From assembly GCA_963767925.1 (NCBI GenBank), contig CAVYGB010000008.1, positions 3,248,239-3,312,238 of the forward strand: a stretch of 64,000 nucleotides of DNA, given 5' to 3'. This document shows positions 29,599 through 40,437 of the stretch, in pieces (position 1 is the stretch's first letter; the number at the start of each line of letters is the position of its first letter). Source of the stretch: an uncultured delta proteobacterium (GTDB lineage: Bacteria; Myxococcota_A; Polyangia; Fen-1088). The notes beneath the pieces are model-generated. The model ran no database searches and had not been told where the DNA came from. It saw only the letters and a list, made by a program, of their open reading frames with translations. The position numbers and the translations under genes are program-made.

Positions 29599-30810
29599 AT
29601 GAGGAGCTTCCTGGCGGCCGCGCTCGTGCTCGCGGCCGCGCCGGTGGCCGCGCAGCCGACGCCGGCGGTGACGACCCTGCACCCCATCTTCGCGGCGGTG
29701 CCCGAGCTGCCGCAAGGGGACGAGGCCCACACCCGCTTCGTGGCCGCGGCCAGGCGCCACGGGCTGGGGCCGGTCGAGGTGATGGATGTGCCCGGCCCGA
29801 CGCCGGCCCGGGCCAAGGCCTTGCTGCGGGTGGGACGGGCGGCGGTCGAGGCAAAGAAGTTCGGTGAGGCGGAGGCGGCGCTCGACGAGGCGGCGGCCGA
29901 CGTCAACGCCCGGGGGGCGGCCGGGTTGACCCCCCGGGAGCTGGCCGACGTCTTCCTGTTTCTGGGGATGGCCACCCAGAAGGCCGACTGGAAGGACCTG
30001 CCAGGTCCCCTGACCGCCATCACGCCGTCCAAGGCCCGGGAGGCCTACCTGAGGGCGGCGGTGCTGGACCGCGAGCGGGCGCTCTTACCCCGGGAGTTCC
30101 CGCCGCTGGCCATCGAGAGCTGGCGGCTGGCGGTCGCCGAGATCGGGCAGCGGCCGCGGGGGACCATCCTGGTGCGGGCGGCCACCAGCGCCCTCATCTC
30201 GGTCGACGGCGGACCGCTCAAGCCGGGCATCTTGCCCGCCCAGGACCTGGTATTCGGCGAGCACTGGGTGCGGGTGGAGGACGCCGGCCGCCAGCCCTGG
30301 ACGGCGGTGATCCCCCTGTCCGAGCAGTCGATGGAGGTGGACGTGCCACCCGGCAACCCCCTCGGGCTCGACGACCGGGTGGCGGCGGCGCACGCCCGGC
30401 GGCAGGGCGCCGCCTTCGCCCTCGTGGCCGAGCTGAAGCCGGGGCGGCCGGCGTCGCTCGAGCTGCGCCTCATCGAGGCGGCCGGCGGGGTCCGCCGCGA
30501 CAGCACCACCCTGCCCTTCCCCGGTGACGTCGGGCAGCTCGAGGCGGCGGTCATGCGGCTCGACGAGCACGCCCGCCGGTCGCGCCTGACCCAGCCGGCG
30601 GTGACCCGGGTGCCGGCGCCGGCGCTGGGGGCGATCTCGGTGGCGCCGGTGGTGCGCGAGCTGCCCGACGAGGCCCTGCGCAAGCCCGCCCTGCGCGACG
30701 ACCCGCGCGGCTGGGCCAGGGCGCGCTGGCCCCTGCTGACGGCGGTGGGGACGGCGATGGTGACCGCGCTGGTGCTGGGCCTCCTCGTCGCTCGCGACCA
30801 GGGCGACTGA
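29599..30810 (+). CDS. Exported protein with PEGA-like domain and C-terminal TM
   Basis: Signal peptide, helical region, ISVDG...GEHWVRVE segment, C-terminal hydrophobic anchor. Confidence 0.7.
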   Translation: MRSFLAAALVLAAAPVAAQPTPAVTTLHPIFAAVPELPQGDEAHTRFVAAARRHGLGPVEVMDVPGPTPARAKALLRVGRAAVEAKKFGEAEAALDEAAADVNARGAAGLTPRELADVFLFLGMATQKADWKDLPGPLTAITPSKAREAYLRAAVLDRERALLPREFPPLAIESWRLAVAEIGQRPRGTILVRAATSALISVDGGPLKPGILPAQDLVFGEHWVRVEDAGRQPWTAVIPLSEQSMEVDVPPGNPLGLDDRVAAAHARRQGAAFALVAELKPGRPASLELRLIEAAGGVRRDSTTLPFPGDVGQLEAAVMRLDEHARRSRLTQPAVTRVPAPALGAISVAPVVRELPDEALRKPALRDDPRGWARARWPLLTAVGTAMVTALVLGLLVARDQGD

Positions 30811-30853
30811 CCCGCACCCACCGGGCCCCACAGCGCCCTCCCTCGTCGCCAAG

Positions 30854-30918
30854 AAAGCGCGAGCAAAAGCGCGAGCAAAAGCGCGAACAAGACGGCACAA
30901 GCGCGAGCAAGACGGCGC
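30854..30918 (+). repeat. Short tandem repeat (AAAGCGCGAGCA unit)
   Basis: Three 12-bp copies at 30854, 30866 and 30878 plus a fourth at ~30899. Confidence 0.85.
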
Positions 30919-30969
30919 CAGAGGACGCAAGAGCGCGCACGGGGCCCGCTCCACGCGGTAAAATGGAGC

Positions 30970-32577
30970 ATGCCCGTCCTAGGGATCGATCTCGGGACGA
31001 CCTTCTCCGCGGTCGCCTGCGTGCGCGGCGAAGAGGTGGAGATCGTCCCCGACCGGCAGGGTCGACGGCTGCACCCGTCGGTGGTGGCCTTGCTGCCCGA
31101 CGGGGGCAAGCTGTTCTCGTACGAGGCAGTTGCCCGCCGCATCGTCGACCCGTCTTACACCATCTACTCCGCCAAGCGGCTCATGGGGCAACCCTTCGCC
31201 GGCGAGGAGGCCGGGCTGGTTTCGACCCGCGTGCCCTACTTGCTGCAGGAGGGGAACAACGAGCAGGTGGTGGTGGTCGGCCCCGACCGCTCCTACAGCA
31301 TCCCCGAGATCTCGGGCCTGCTGCTGGGCTACCTGCGCGAGTGCGCCGAGCACAACCTGCAGAGCGAGGTGGAGGCGGCGGTCATCACCGTGCCGGCCAA
31401 CTTCAACAACGCCCAGAGGCAGGCGACCATGGACGCCGGGCGCATCGCCGGGCTCAACGTGTTGCGGGTGATCAACGAGCCGACCGCGGCGGCGCTGGCC
31501 TACGGGCTGGGGCGGGGCATGTCGCAGCGGATCGCGGTGTACGACTTCGGGGGCGGCACCTTCGACGTCACCGTGCTGCAGGTCGAGGGGGAGGTGTTCG
31601 AGGTGATCGCCTCGGGCGGCGACAGCTTCCTCGGGGGCGACGACATCGACGAGGCGATGATGATGCTGCTGGCCGAGCAATTCCAGGGGCAACACCGCTA
31701 CGACCCCAGCGAAGATCCCACCACCCGCTCGCGGCTGCTGATGGCGGGCGAGCAGATCAAGCGCCACCTCGGCAAGCAGAGCGAGGCCCGGGGTGAGCTG
31801 AAGCTGGGGGACGACAAGAACGGGCAGCCGCGCAGCTTCTCCTTTCACGTCACGCGGGAGCAGTTCGAGGTGGCCATCGCCCCCCTCGTGTCGCGCACCA
31901 TCCACGCCTGCGACGAGGTGCTCAACGCCGCCCAGCTCACCCGATCGCAGATCGACGAGGTCATCATGGTGGGCGGGTCGACCCGCATCCCCTACGTCCG
32001 CAAGGAGGTGGAGCGGGAGTTCGGGCGCCCGGCCCGCACCGACATAAATCCCGACGAGGTGGTGGCCTGCGGCGCGGCGGTGCAGGCGGCCAGCCTCAGC
32101 GGCGACGCGGGCGGGCTGGCCCAGCGGCCGGTGCTGCTGGACGTGACGCCCCGGGCGCTGGGGATCGCGGTGGCGGGCGGGTTCGCCGAGCCGATCGTCG
32201 AGCGCAACGTCCCCCTGCCGGTGGAGCAGACCCGCATCTTCGGCACCTCCTCGGACCAGCAGACGAAGGTCGTGATCCAGGTCTGCCAGGGCGAGTCGCG
32301 CCGGTTCGAGGAGAACGCCGCCCTGGGCGAGCTGTCGCTGCACGGGCTGCGGCCGGGCCGCCGGGGGCAGGTGAAGATCGAGGTGACGTTCAAGGTCGAC
32401 ACCAACGGCATCTTGCGGGTGCGGGCCCGGGATCCCGAGACCGACTCGGCCACCGAGGCGGCGGTCAACGTGCGGGGGACCATGAGCGAGGACGAGATCG
32501 AGGTGGCCGCCGGCCGCCAGGCCGAGAGCGTCTCGAGCGACGCGCCGGCCGTGCCCGCGCCGGAGGCCCCGGCCTAG
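30970..32577 (+). CDS. Hsp70/DnaK-family protein lacking the C-terminal lid
   Basis: [38 protein letters not shown]; 535 aa. Confidence 0.95.
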   Translation: MPVLGIDLGTTFSAVACVRGEEVEIVPDRQGRRLHPSVVALLPDGGKLFSYEAVARRIVDPSYTIYSAKRLMGQPFAGEEAGLVSTRVPYLLQEGNNEQVVVVGPDRSYSIPEISGLLLGYLRECAEHNLQSEVEAAVITVPANFNNAQRQATMDAGRIAGLNVLRVINEPTAAALAYGLGRGMSQRIAVYDFGGGTFDVTVLQVEGEVFEVIASGGDSFLGGDDIDEAMMMLLAEQFQGQHRYDPSEDPTTRSRLLMAGEQIKRHLGKQSEARGELKLGDDKNGQPRSFSFHVTREQFEVAIAPLVSRTIHACDEVLNAAQLTRSQIDEVIMVGGSTRIPYVRKEVEREFGRPARTDINPDEVVACGAAVQAASLSGDAGGLAQRPVLLDVTPRALGIAVAGGFAEPIVERNVPLPVEQTRIFGTSSDQQTKVVIQVCQGESRRFEENAALGELSLHGLRPGRRGQVKIEVTFKVDTNGILRVRARDPETDSATEAAVNVRGTMSEDEIEVAAGRQAESVSSDAPAVPAPEAPA

Positions 32578-32591
32578 CGGCCGGATTCGCC

Positions 32592-33149
32592 ATGGCCGCC
32601 AGCCCGTCGCCGGCGTCGTATGTCGAGGCGCTGCGCACCTTCGCCGAGCGCATCTTCCCCACCCTCGAGCAGCACAGCTACTACCAGCTCCTCAACGTGC
32701 CGCCCGAGTCGGACCTCGCGGCGATCCGGGGGGCGTTTTACCGCCTCGCGCAGCAGCTCCACCCCGATCGCTTCCACGCCCTCGGGGAGACCGGGATCCG
32801 GCAGCAGCTCGAGACCATCTATGCGCGCATCTGCGAGGCCTACCGGGTGCTCGCCAACCCCGAGCGCCGGGCGGCCTACAACAAGTCGCTGGCCGCGGGG
32901 AAGAAGCGGCTCGACCTGGTGAGTCGAGAATCCGGCGGCCCGAAGAACCCGGAAGACGGCATCAAACACCCCGAAGCCAAAAAGTTCTTTCGACTCGGGA
33001 TGGTCTGCCTGGGTAAGAAGGACTGGCGGGGCGCCGTCATGAACTTCAACTTTTCGCACGGCTTCGAACCCTCCTCGCAGCTCGTGGCGGACAAGCTGGC
33101 CGAGGCCCAGTCCGCCGCCGCTGCCGGCAAGGGCGGAGGAGCCAGATGA
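32592..33149 (+). CDS. J-domain protein
   Basis: YYQLLNV, LHPDRF, EAYRVL...RAAY; short TPR-like C-terminus. Confidence 0.9.
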   Translation: MAASPSPASYVEALRTFAERIFPTLEQHSYYQLLNVPPESDLAAIRGAFYRLAQQLHPDRFHALGETGIRQQLETIYARICEAYRVLANPERRAAYNKSLAAGKKRLDLVSRESGGPKNPEDGIKHPEAKKFFRLGMVCLGKKDWRGAVMNFNFSHGFEPSSQLVADKLAEAQSAAAAGKGGGAR

Positions 33150-33155
33150 GCCGGC

Positions 33156-35012
33156 ATGAGCGGTGTCGGCGAGGGTGATGCACCCGGCATAGCCGGCGAC
33201 GGCGGTCCCACCGAGACCATCCGGGCGGCGGTGGTGCCGCGGCTGGGCGGCAAGCTGGGCCGCCACGAGCTGCTGGAGGTGGTGGGCCACGGGGCCATGG
33301 CCACCGTGTTCCGGGCGCGCGACACCCAGCTCGGGCGCGAGGTCGCGGTCAAGGTGATGAGCCTGGCGGTGGCGGCGCGGGCCGAGTCGGCCGAGCGGTT
33401 CCGGCGCGAGGCCCAGGCGGTGGCGGCGGTGAAGCACCCCGGGATCGTCGAGATCTTCGACTTCGTGGGGGCCACCGAGACCGAGCCGGCCTACATCGTG
33501 AGCGAGCTGATCTCGGGGCCGACCCTGCGGAAGTTCCTCGACAGCCGCCGGGGGCGGCTGCTGCCCGAGTCGGCGGCGCTGATCGCGATCCCGATCGCGG
33601 AGGCGATCCGGGTGGCGCACGGGCGGGGCATCGTCCACCGCGACATCAAGCCGGACAACGTCATGCTCGACCGGGGCGGGGGCAAGTGCCGGGTGGTGGT
33701 GACCGACTTCGGCGTCGCCCATATCACCGGGATGGAGACCATGACCGCCACCGGCGCGCTGGTGGGGTCGCCCGCCTTCATGTCGCCCGAGCAGGCCCGC
33801 GGGCACGGGGTGGGCCCGGCCTCCGATATGTGGGCCCTCGGCGTCTTGCTCTACGAGATGGCCACCGGGCACCTGCCCTTCCCCGGCAAGGACGCGCTGC
33901 TGGTCGTGGCGGCCATCGCGCGCGGGCTGTACAAGCGCCCCTCGCTGATCAGCGGCTACGCGGGCAGCGGGCTCGATGAGATCTGCGGGCGGTGCCTGCG
34001 GGTGCTGCCAGGCGATCGCTATCCCGACCTGGGGGTGATGGCCAGCGACCTGCGGGCGTTCTGCCGCGCGGGAGGGCTGGAGCCGGACGACCGGAGCCTG
34101 TTCGATCTGCTGACCGATCCCGAGCGGTTCGAGGCCGGGCTGCGGCCCCGGGTGGCCGACGCGGCGGTGGCCCAGGCCCGGCGGCACAGCCGGCGGGGGG
34201 AGCTGGGGCGGGCGCTGGGGGAGCTGGCGCGCGCCACCGCCTACGTGCCCCGGCACGCCGAGGCGGAGAAGCTGGTGGCGTCGATCTCCTGGCGCCGGCG
34301 CTGGCTGAAGGTAGCCGGCGCGGCGGCGGCGGCGGTGGCGGTGGCGGGGGCGGCGGTGTACCTCGGTCCGCGGACCCGGGACTGGCTGGCGCGGCTGCAG
34401 GACCGGCCGGCGGCGCCCGCGGTGGCGCCGGCGCCGATCGCCGCGCGGACGATGCCGCCGGCGTCGCCCGCGGTTGGGACGGCGGTGACCCCCGTGACTC
34501 CGCCGGTCCGGACGGTCGAGGTGGAGGGGGCGCGCTCGCGCGAGTCGAGCCGGCGGGCGCGCGCGCGCAACCTGGCCCGGACGCAGCCGACCCCGGAGGC
34601 GGAGGCGGAGGTGGAGGCGGCGCCGGCCGCGGAGGACCGGCCGGCGGAGGTGGAGGAAGTCGTCGCGCCGGCGGCGCCGCGAAAGGTGGCGGTGGAGATC
34701 TTTGCCCCCTACGCGTTCTGCAACCCCAGCCTCGACGACGCTCGCCCGCAGATGTCACCGGCCCGCTACCGGGGCGCGGCCGCGGTGGCCGAGGGACCTC
34801 ACCAGGTGTACTGCACGATGCCGGGGGGGATGAGGGTGCTTGTCGGAACGGTGGAGGTGACGGCGCCTCCGCAGGGCGGCGTCTACGAAGTACGCCTGCG
34901 CAAGAGCGACCAGGGCAAGCCGATCATCGTGTCCCCGGGGACGACGAAACTGCGACAGGGGGATCCGGCTGCCCCGAGAATTCCGGCCCCGCCGTCGCCG
35001 CGGGCCCGGTAA
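33156..35012 (+). CDS. Membrane Ser/Thr protein kinase
   Basis: GHGAMATV, VAVK, HRDIKPDN, TDFG, FMSPEQ; TM segment near residue 390. Confidence 0.93.
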   Translation: MSGVGEGDAPGIAGDGGPTETIRAAVVPRLGGKLGRHELLEVVGHGAMATVFRARDTQLGREVAVKVMSLAVAARAESAERFRREAQAVAAVKHPGIVEIFDFVGATETEPAYIVSELISGPTLRKFLDSRRGRLLPESAALIAIPIAEAIRVAHGRGIVHRDIKPDNVMLDRGGGKCRVVVTDFGVAHITGMETMTATGALVGSPAFMSPEQARGHGVGPASDMWALGVLLYEMATGHLPFPGKDALLVVAAIARGLYKRPSLISGYAGSGLDEICGRCLRVLPGDRYPDLGVMASDLRAFCRAGGLEPDDRSLFDLLTDPERFEAGLRPRVADAAVAQARRHSRRGELGRALGELARATAYVPRHAEAEKLVASISWRRRWLKVAGAAAAAVAVAGAAVYLGPRTRDWLARLQDRPAAPAVAPAPIAARTMPPASPAVGTAVTPVTPPVRTVEVEGARSRESSRRARARNLARTQPTPEAEAEVEAAPAAEDRPAEVEEVVAPAAPRKVAVEIFAPYAFCNPSLDDARPQMSPARYRGAAAVAEGPHQVYCTMPGGMRVLVGTVEVTAPPQGGVYEVRLRKSDQGKPIIVSPGTTKLRQGDPAAPRIPAPPSPRAR

Positions 35013-35082
35013 TCGGCCGGTCGAAACGGCGATTTCGTGGCCTGGGCATTGCACAACAACGTGTTGTGCTACGGTCCAGGTC

Positions 35083-36201
35083 GTGTCGCGGTTCCGCTGC
35101 CAGATTTTCGCAGCGTTCCTTTCGTTGTGCAGCTCGGCAGGATGCCTGCTGTACACGGACACGTTCAACGTGCCGCCCAGGGTCGATTTGATCGCGCCGG
35201 ATCAAATGCTCAAGGGAAAGGCAGCCACCTTCAGCGTGCGCGCGCAGGACGACAGCCAGCGCGCCGAGGACCTCGGCGTGCTCTGGTACGTGCGCGAGGG
35301 GGGCCTCTGCCCGGAGAAGGTGGCGCAGGCCCAGGCCTTGTCGCGCGAGGCGGGCGTGATGCAGGTGGGGGCGCAGCCGACCCTCGAGCTCATCCGGCAG
35401 CAGTTCGGACGGTTCTGCATCTGGGTGCTGGTGACCGATCGGGCGGGCGCCGTGGCCCTGGCCTGGAAGCCGTTCGAGGTGACGAATCAGCCCCCGAACG
35501 CGGCCCTCGAGCTGCTCGCCCCGACGCCGCTGCGCCGGGTGGGCAGCACCGCCTACCTGCCCCTGTACAGCGACGTGCGCATCTCGGCCGACGCCTCGGT
35601 CGACCCGGAGGCGGAGGCGCTCGAGTTCCGCTGGAACATCACCGGCCGCAGCGGCGAGCGCATCGCCCCCGCGCCCTGCAGCGCCGGCACCCCCAACCAG
35701 CTCTGCCACCGGTTCGACGCCGCCGGGGACTACCGCTTCGAGCTGCGCACCTGGGACGGCGAGAAGATGAGCGCGGCGGCCGAGCTGCCCCTGCTGGTCA
35801 TGGCCGACGCGCCCCCGTGCATCGAGCAGACCGAGCCGCCTTACCAGCTCACCCGGGTCGTCGTGCTGGCCACCGAGCAGACGAACCTCAGCGTGGTCGA
35901 GATCAGCGACGACGGCGACGCCTTCCCCGCCTTGCCCGGCCAGACGCCCCGGACCTCCTTCATCTGGCGCTACCGCTACGTGGGGACGCCGGACTTCACC
36001 CGGCGGGCGGTGACCGATGTGCCCTCCCTGAGCTTCGCGCCGGACGCCTACCGTCCGGGCGACGAGCTCGAGGTGCGGCTCGACGTGCTCGACCGGGTGA
36101 CCGATCGGGACTTCGGGGTGTGTGAGGGGCAGCCAGAGTGCAAGATCGATCCGGATCGCGAGTGTCGGCAGCGGGTGACCTGGAGGGTGAGGTACCTATG
36201 A
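35083..36201 (+). CDS. Putative lipoprotein with PKD/Ig-like domains
   Basis: SAGC lipobox; NQPPNA and ISADASVDPE segments. Confidence 0.7.
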   Translation: MSRFRCQIFAAFLSLCSSAGCLLYTDTFNVPPRVDLIAPDQMLKGKAATFSVRAQDDSQRAEDLGVLWYVREGGLCPEKVAQAQALSREAGVMQVGAQPTLELIRQQFGRFCIWVLVTDRAGAVALAWKPFEVTNQPPNAALELLAPTPLRRVGSTAYLPLYSDVRISADASVDPEAEALEFRWNITGRSGERIAPAPCSAGTPNQLCHRFDAAGDYRFELRTWDGEKMSAAAELPLLVMADAPPCIEQTEPPYQLTRVVVLATEQTNLSVVEISDDGDAFPALPGQTPRTSFIWRYRYVGTPDFTRRAVTDVPSLSFAPDAYRPGDELEVRLDVLDRVTDRDFGVCEGQPECKIDPDRECRQRVTWRVRYL

Positions 36202-38207
36202 GGGCACGGTGGATGGCGGTGGTGGTGGCGGTGGCCGTGGCGGCCGCGGGCTGCGCGGGAGAGCTGGACGGCAACCGAGGCAACAACCAGGCGCCGCCGG
36301 GCTCGGGGGCACCGTCGCCCGCCCCGCCCCCGGTCGTTTATCCCCCGGGGGCGCCGCCGCCGGCTGCGCCGCCCGTGATGGCGCCGCCAACGGCTCCGCC
36401 GGCCCCGGCGCCAACGCCTCCCCCCCCCGCCTCGCAGCCGCCCGCGCCTGCGCCGCCCGTTGTCGATCCCGCGCGTGGCTGCGTGGTGACCATCGTCCCC
36501 CAGAACCCGCCGCACGACCTGCGCGAGCTGCTGGCCGGGCCGGAGTCGCGCCTGCGGGTGCGGGCCCAGGTCTCGGGTGCGCTGGCCCCGGCCACGCCGT
36601 CCTGGACCTGGGAGGTCTCGTTCGGCCAGGTCTCCCCGGTCAGCCCGACCGAGGTCGGGAGCGCCGACGTGATCGAGTTCCCCCTGCGCTCGCCCGGCGC
36701 CTACTACATCCGGGCACAGGCGGCGCCGGGGTGCACCGGCGAGATAACCGCCACCGCGGCCAGCGCGAGCGACCGCATCCTGAACTTCTGGGTGCGGATC
36801 ACCCCGCCGCGCGCCTCGGGCCTGCCGCCCCAGGACAACATGATCGTCGTCGGCGGGCGAAACACCCCGGCCAAGATCATCGCCCTGCTCCGCGGCCAGC
36901 TCGTGCGCATCGATCCGCACGACCGCAACAACAACGCCATCGACTCGTACATCCGGGTGAGCTCGTCGCAGTCGACCGTGCGCTTCGAGGGCCACAACAA
37001 GGACAGCAACGCCGGCTTCTTCCCGTCGCTGCTGCCGCTGCTCAGCTACGACGTGCTCGTGGTGCCCGACGGCGGCATCGCCCCCGCCCTCATCCGCAAC
37101 CTGCGGCCGACCGAGCTGGTGGGCTCCCTGTTCACCCTCGACGCCGGCATCCCCGTCTCGGGCGACATCCGGGCCGGCGCCGGGGCCGGCACCCCGGTGG
37201 CTGGCGCGCGCGTCCTGCTGCGCGCCGGCGGCCTGCCGTCGACAATCGGCGCCAGCGACGCCGCCGGCGCCTACGAGCTGCGCGCCCGCACCGGCACCTG
37301 GAGCGGCGTGGTCCTGCCGCCCGCAGGGTCGGCCCTGCCCGAGGCGAACGTCGAGGGGGGCATCGCGGTGGGCGCCGCCGCCACCAACCTGCGCTTCCAG
37401 TGGCGCGCGCTGCCGAGCGCCCGCCTGGACGTGGCCATCACCGAGCCGACCGGAGTGGCCAGCACCCGCGCCGTGCGCGTGCGCATCGAGGCCGAGCCGG
37501 GCGCCTTGCCCGACGTGGGCAGCTTCCAGGTGGGCGGCGGCCCGCCCCTGCCGGCCAGCGGCTTCCTGCGCCTGGAGACGTTGACCGGCGCGGGCGGCAT
37601 CGCCAGCTTCGCCAGCGTCCCCGCCGGGCGCTACCGGGCCTTCGCCATGCCCCCCGACTACGCCCCCGACGTGACCATGAGCACCGCCCGCATCGAGGCC
37701 GGCGCGGCCCAGGCCCAGCGCATCGCCCTGGCCCGCCCCGTCGCCCTGACCGGCCGCGTGTCGCCCGCCGCCCTGGCCCGGGGCCTGCGCGTCGTCGCCC
37801 TCGACGCCGACCTCAACTCCCCGGTCGAGTCGGTCAGCAGCACCGTCGACGAAGCCGGACAGTTCGGCATGCTGGTCGCCCCCGGCCGCAGCTACCGCGT
37901 GCAGATCGAGCCCGCCCAGGAGCGCAAGCTCCCGCGCCTGTTCCTCGGCGCCATCACCGTCGGCGGCGACACGACCCTCGGGACCATCAACATCGCCGAG
38001 GGCGTCACCTTCCTCGGCACCGTCACCGTTGAGCAGACCGTCGTCCCCGGCTCGGTCATCCAGGTCTACTGCACCGGCCTCCCCCCCGACTGCGTCGACC
38101 CCGCCGCCCCCCAGGCCGACGCCGCCCGCCCGGTCGGCGAGACCGTCACCGACGCCAGCGGCCGCTTCCAGATCCACCTCCCCGATCCCGCGAGCTGGCA
38201 CCTCTGA
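36198..38207 (+). CDS. Putative lipoprotein with Pro-rich linker and carboxypeptidase-regulatory-like beta repeats
   Basis: AAGC lipobox; repeated PVAGARV / SDAAGAY / TDASGRF motifs; ATGA overlap with the upstream gene. Confidence 0.75.
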   Translation: MRARWMAVVVAVAVAAAGCAGELDGNRGNNQAPPGSGAPSPAPPPVVYPPGAPPPAAPPVMAPPTAPPAPAPTPPPPASQPPAPAPPVVDPARGCVVTIVPQNPPHDLRELLAGPESRLRVRAQVSGALAPATPSWTWEVSFGQVSPVSPTEVGSADVIEFPLRSPGAYYIRAQAAPGCTGEITATAASASDRILNFWVRITPPRASGLPPQDNMIVVGGRNTPAKIIALLRGQLVRIDPHDRNNNAIDSYIRVSSSQSTVRFEGHNKDSNAGFFPSLLPLLSYDVLVVPDGGIAPALIRNLRPTELVGSLFTLDAGIPVSGDIRAGAGAGTPVAGARVLLRAGGLPSTIGASDAAGAYELRARTGTWSGVVLPPAGSALPEANVEGGIAVGAAATNLRFQWRALPSARLDVAITEPTGVASTRAVRVRIEAEPGALPDVGSFQVGGGPPLPASGFLRLETLTGAGGIASFASVPAGRYRAFAMPPDYAPDVTMSTARIEAGAAQAQRIALARPVALTGRVSPAALARGLRVVALDADLNSPVESVSSTVDEAGQFGMLVAPGRSYRVQIEPAQERKLPRLFLGAITVGGDTTLGTINIAEGVTFLGTVTVEQTVVPGSVIQVYCTGLPPDCVDPAAPQADAARPVGETVTDASGRFQIHLPDPASWHL

Positions 38208-38296
38208 GAGGGGTGCGCGGAGGCGCGGCGCAACGGAGCGATCTCACCGCGCTGTCGTGAACCGCCCGGCCCGGGGAGCGGGGACCTGTGGTAACA

Positions 38297-39128
38297 ATGA
38301 CGCATTCTGCTCTCGTCGTCGTTCGTCGTCCTGGTCGCCGGCCTGCTGGCGACCACCCAGCCCGGAGCCGCCGCGCCCCCCGCAGCCGAGGCCGCCGCCC
38401 GCGCGCAACCAGCCGCCCCCGCCCCCGAAACGCCGCCCACCCCCGAGCCTCCCGCCAGCCAGCCCCCACCCCCGGCCACCGCCGCCGAAGCCCTGGACCG
38501 CGCCGGCGCCGCCTACGAGTTCGGCGACATCGAGATGATGATCGCCCTCTCCCGCCTCGTCGCCGAGGGCGCCATGCCCGGCACCGACGACCAGCGCGCC
38601 GAAGCCCTGCGCCTGCTGGGAATCGGCCTCTATCTCGACGGCCGCCCCGGCGGCGCCGAACGCGCCTTCGCCGACCTGATCGCCCTGCGCCCCAGCACGA
38701 CCCTGGACCCCACCATCACCCGCCCCGAAGTCGTCGCCTTCTTCCGCGACGTCAAGCGCCGCCACGAGCCCAAGCGCCACCTCGCCCTCGCCTTCCTCCC
38801 CCCCCTGGGCCAGTTCCAGAACGACACCCCCATCCGCGGCTGGATCCTCGGCGGCCTCGAGCTCACGAGCTTCGCCGCCGCCCTCACCACCCGCCTCCTC
38901 CTCGCCGACTGGGTCGACGGAAACCGCCAGTGCAAAGGCACCGACGACCCATCCCCCTGCAACCGCCTCAAGCTGGTCAACCTCATCAGCGTCGTCACCC
39001 TCGGCGCCACCTGGACCACCGGCGTCATCGACGCCATTGTGGGCCTCCGCCGCCCCCAGGAACCCACCACCCCCCAGCCCACCCTCACCCTCCTCCCGAA
39101 CGGCGCCGCACTCACCGTTCCGTTCTGA
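38297..39128 (+). CDS. Exported TPR-like membrane protein (indel just after the start codon)
   Basis: The frame of ORF 38535 stays open back to 38301 (RILLSSSFVVLVAG, signal-like); C-terminal TM helices. Confidence 0.65.
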
Positions 39129-39159
39129 CCCACTCCCGACTAAAGTACCCCCCACCCAC

Positions 39160-39234
39160 AGGCGGGTAGCTCAGCGGCAGAGCAGGCGCTTTACACGCGC
39201 TAGGTCGCAGGTTCAATCCCTGTCCCGCCTACCA
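39160..39234 (+). tRNA. tRNA-Val(TAC)
   Basis: Acceptor stem AGGCGGG/CCCGCCT; D arm GCTC/GAGC; anticodon arm GGCGC-TTTACAC-GCGCT; T arm GCAGG-TTCAATC-CCTGT; encoded CCA. Confidence 0.96.
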
Positions 39235-39252
39235 GTTAAGTTAGCGATTCGA

Positions 39253-40437
39253 CTACGTATTGGTTCGCGCCCGCGGCTCCGTTGCCACGGCGTTGCCACG
39301 GGTGAGGGCCGAGCGCGCGCCCAACATCGCGATCACGCGTTCGTCCGGGTCGGTGATGGGGGCGCCGGCGGCCAGGACCTCCGCCGGGATGGGGCGGTGG
39401 TGGTCCTCCACGTGGTGGACGTACCGCATGGTCATGGCGATGGTGGAGTGCCCGAGCCACGCCTGCAGCCGCCACGGGTTCACCCCGAAGCGAGCTGCGT
39501 GGGTGGCGAAGGTGTGGCGTGCCGAGTGCCAGCTGCGCTCGCGCAGTCCGGCCTTCTTGCACATGCGATAGACCCCGTGCTTGAGCGCCGCCTCCGCTAC
39601 CGGCTCTCCCTTCTCCCCGCAGACGATCCGGCCCACCCGGACCTGTGGCAGCGACTTGAGCGCCGATGTCAGCGATGCCGTCATCGGTACGCTCCGCCGC
39701 CGCCCGCCCTTCGGCGTTCCCTCGATGCCCTTCCGGAGTTGCCGGGTGACGGTCAGTCGCCCGGCAACCAGGTCCACGTCCTCCCACCGCAGAGCCAGAA
39801 CCTCACCGAGCCGCAGCCCTGCGTCGCCCGCCAGAAGCGCGGACACCAGCAACCACGGCGCCACCCGCCGCGCCCCCTCGAGCAGCCGGCTCCACTCCTC
39901 GAAGTCCCACGTCTCGATCTCCGGCTTCTCGCAGCGGTAGGGCCGGATCTTCGGCACGCGGTCGATGAGATCCACCTCCTCCGCGTACCTCAGGACCTTC
40001 GAGAGCACGGCCAGGACATTGTTGCGAGTCTTGAGCGAGAGCGGCTTCCGATATCGGTTGCTGCCTTCGCTCAACTTCGCCTTCAAGCCCTGGATCACCG
40101 CCACGTCGATCTGGTCGAGCCGCATATGCCCGAGGAACCCGAGCAGATGGTGCTCGAAAATCGACCGCTTCTCTACCACCGTCCCCGGCTTGTTCTGCTG
40201 CCCCTCACACCACTCCGTCATGTATCGCCCCAGGAACCACTCCTCGAACGTGGGTACTTCCTTTCCTGCCTTGGGGTTGGTGATCGGCTCGAGAATGCGT
40301 CGGATGTGGTCCTCCTCCGCCCTCTCTGCCGCCCACCTGGTGTTGCTCGCGGGCGTGCCGGAGATCCGGCGCGTGGTGCCGTCCGGAAAGCCAACGACTT
40401 TCCGGTAGCGCCACCGTCCGCGACTGTCGCGTCGCAC
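39253..40437 (-). CDS. Phage-type tyrosine recombinase (integrase)
   Basis: AGLRLGEVLALRWEDVD, TPKG, WHSARHTFATH and LGHSTIAMTMRY give the full R-K-H-R-H-Y set; adjacent to and pointing at the tRNA. The ORF-track extension to 41178 lies inside the inserted transposon. Confidence 0.93.
   Translation of the reverse strand: MRRDSRGRWRYRKVVGFPDGTTRRISGTPASNTRWAAERAEEDHIRRILEPITNPKAGKEVPTFEEWFLGRYMTEWCEGQQNKPGTVVEKRSIFEHHLLGFLGHMRLDQIDVAVIQGLKAKLSEGSNRYRKPLSLKTRNNVLAVLSKVLRYAEEVDLIDRVPKIRPYRCEKPEIETWDFEEWSRLLEGARRVAPWLLVSALLAGDAGLRLGEVLALRWEDVDLVAGRLTVTRQLRKGIEGTPKGGRRRSVPMTASLTSALKSLPQVRVGRIVCGEKGEPVAEAALKHGVYRMCKKAGLRERSWHSARHTFATHAARFGVNPWRLQAWLGHSTIAMTMRYVHHVEDHHRPIPAEVLAAGAPITDPDERVIAMLGARSALTRGNAVATEPRARTNT

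Noticed and set aside
38000..39150. Strong C-rich skew before the tRNA
   Set aside because: Explained by third-position C preference and Pro/Ala-rich coding; no repeat structure.
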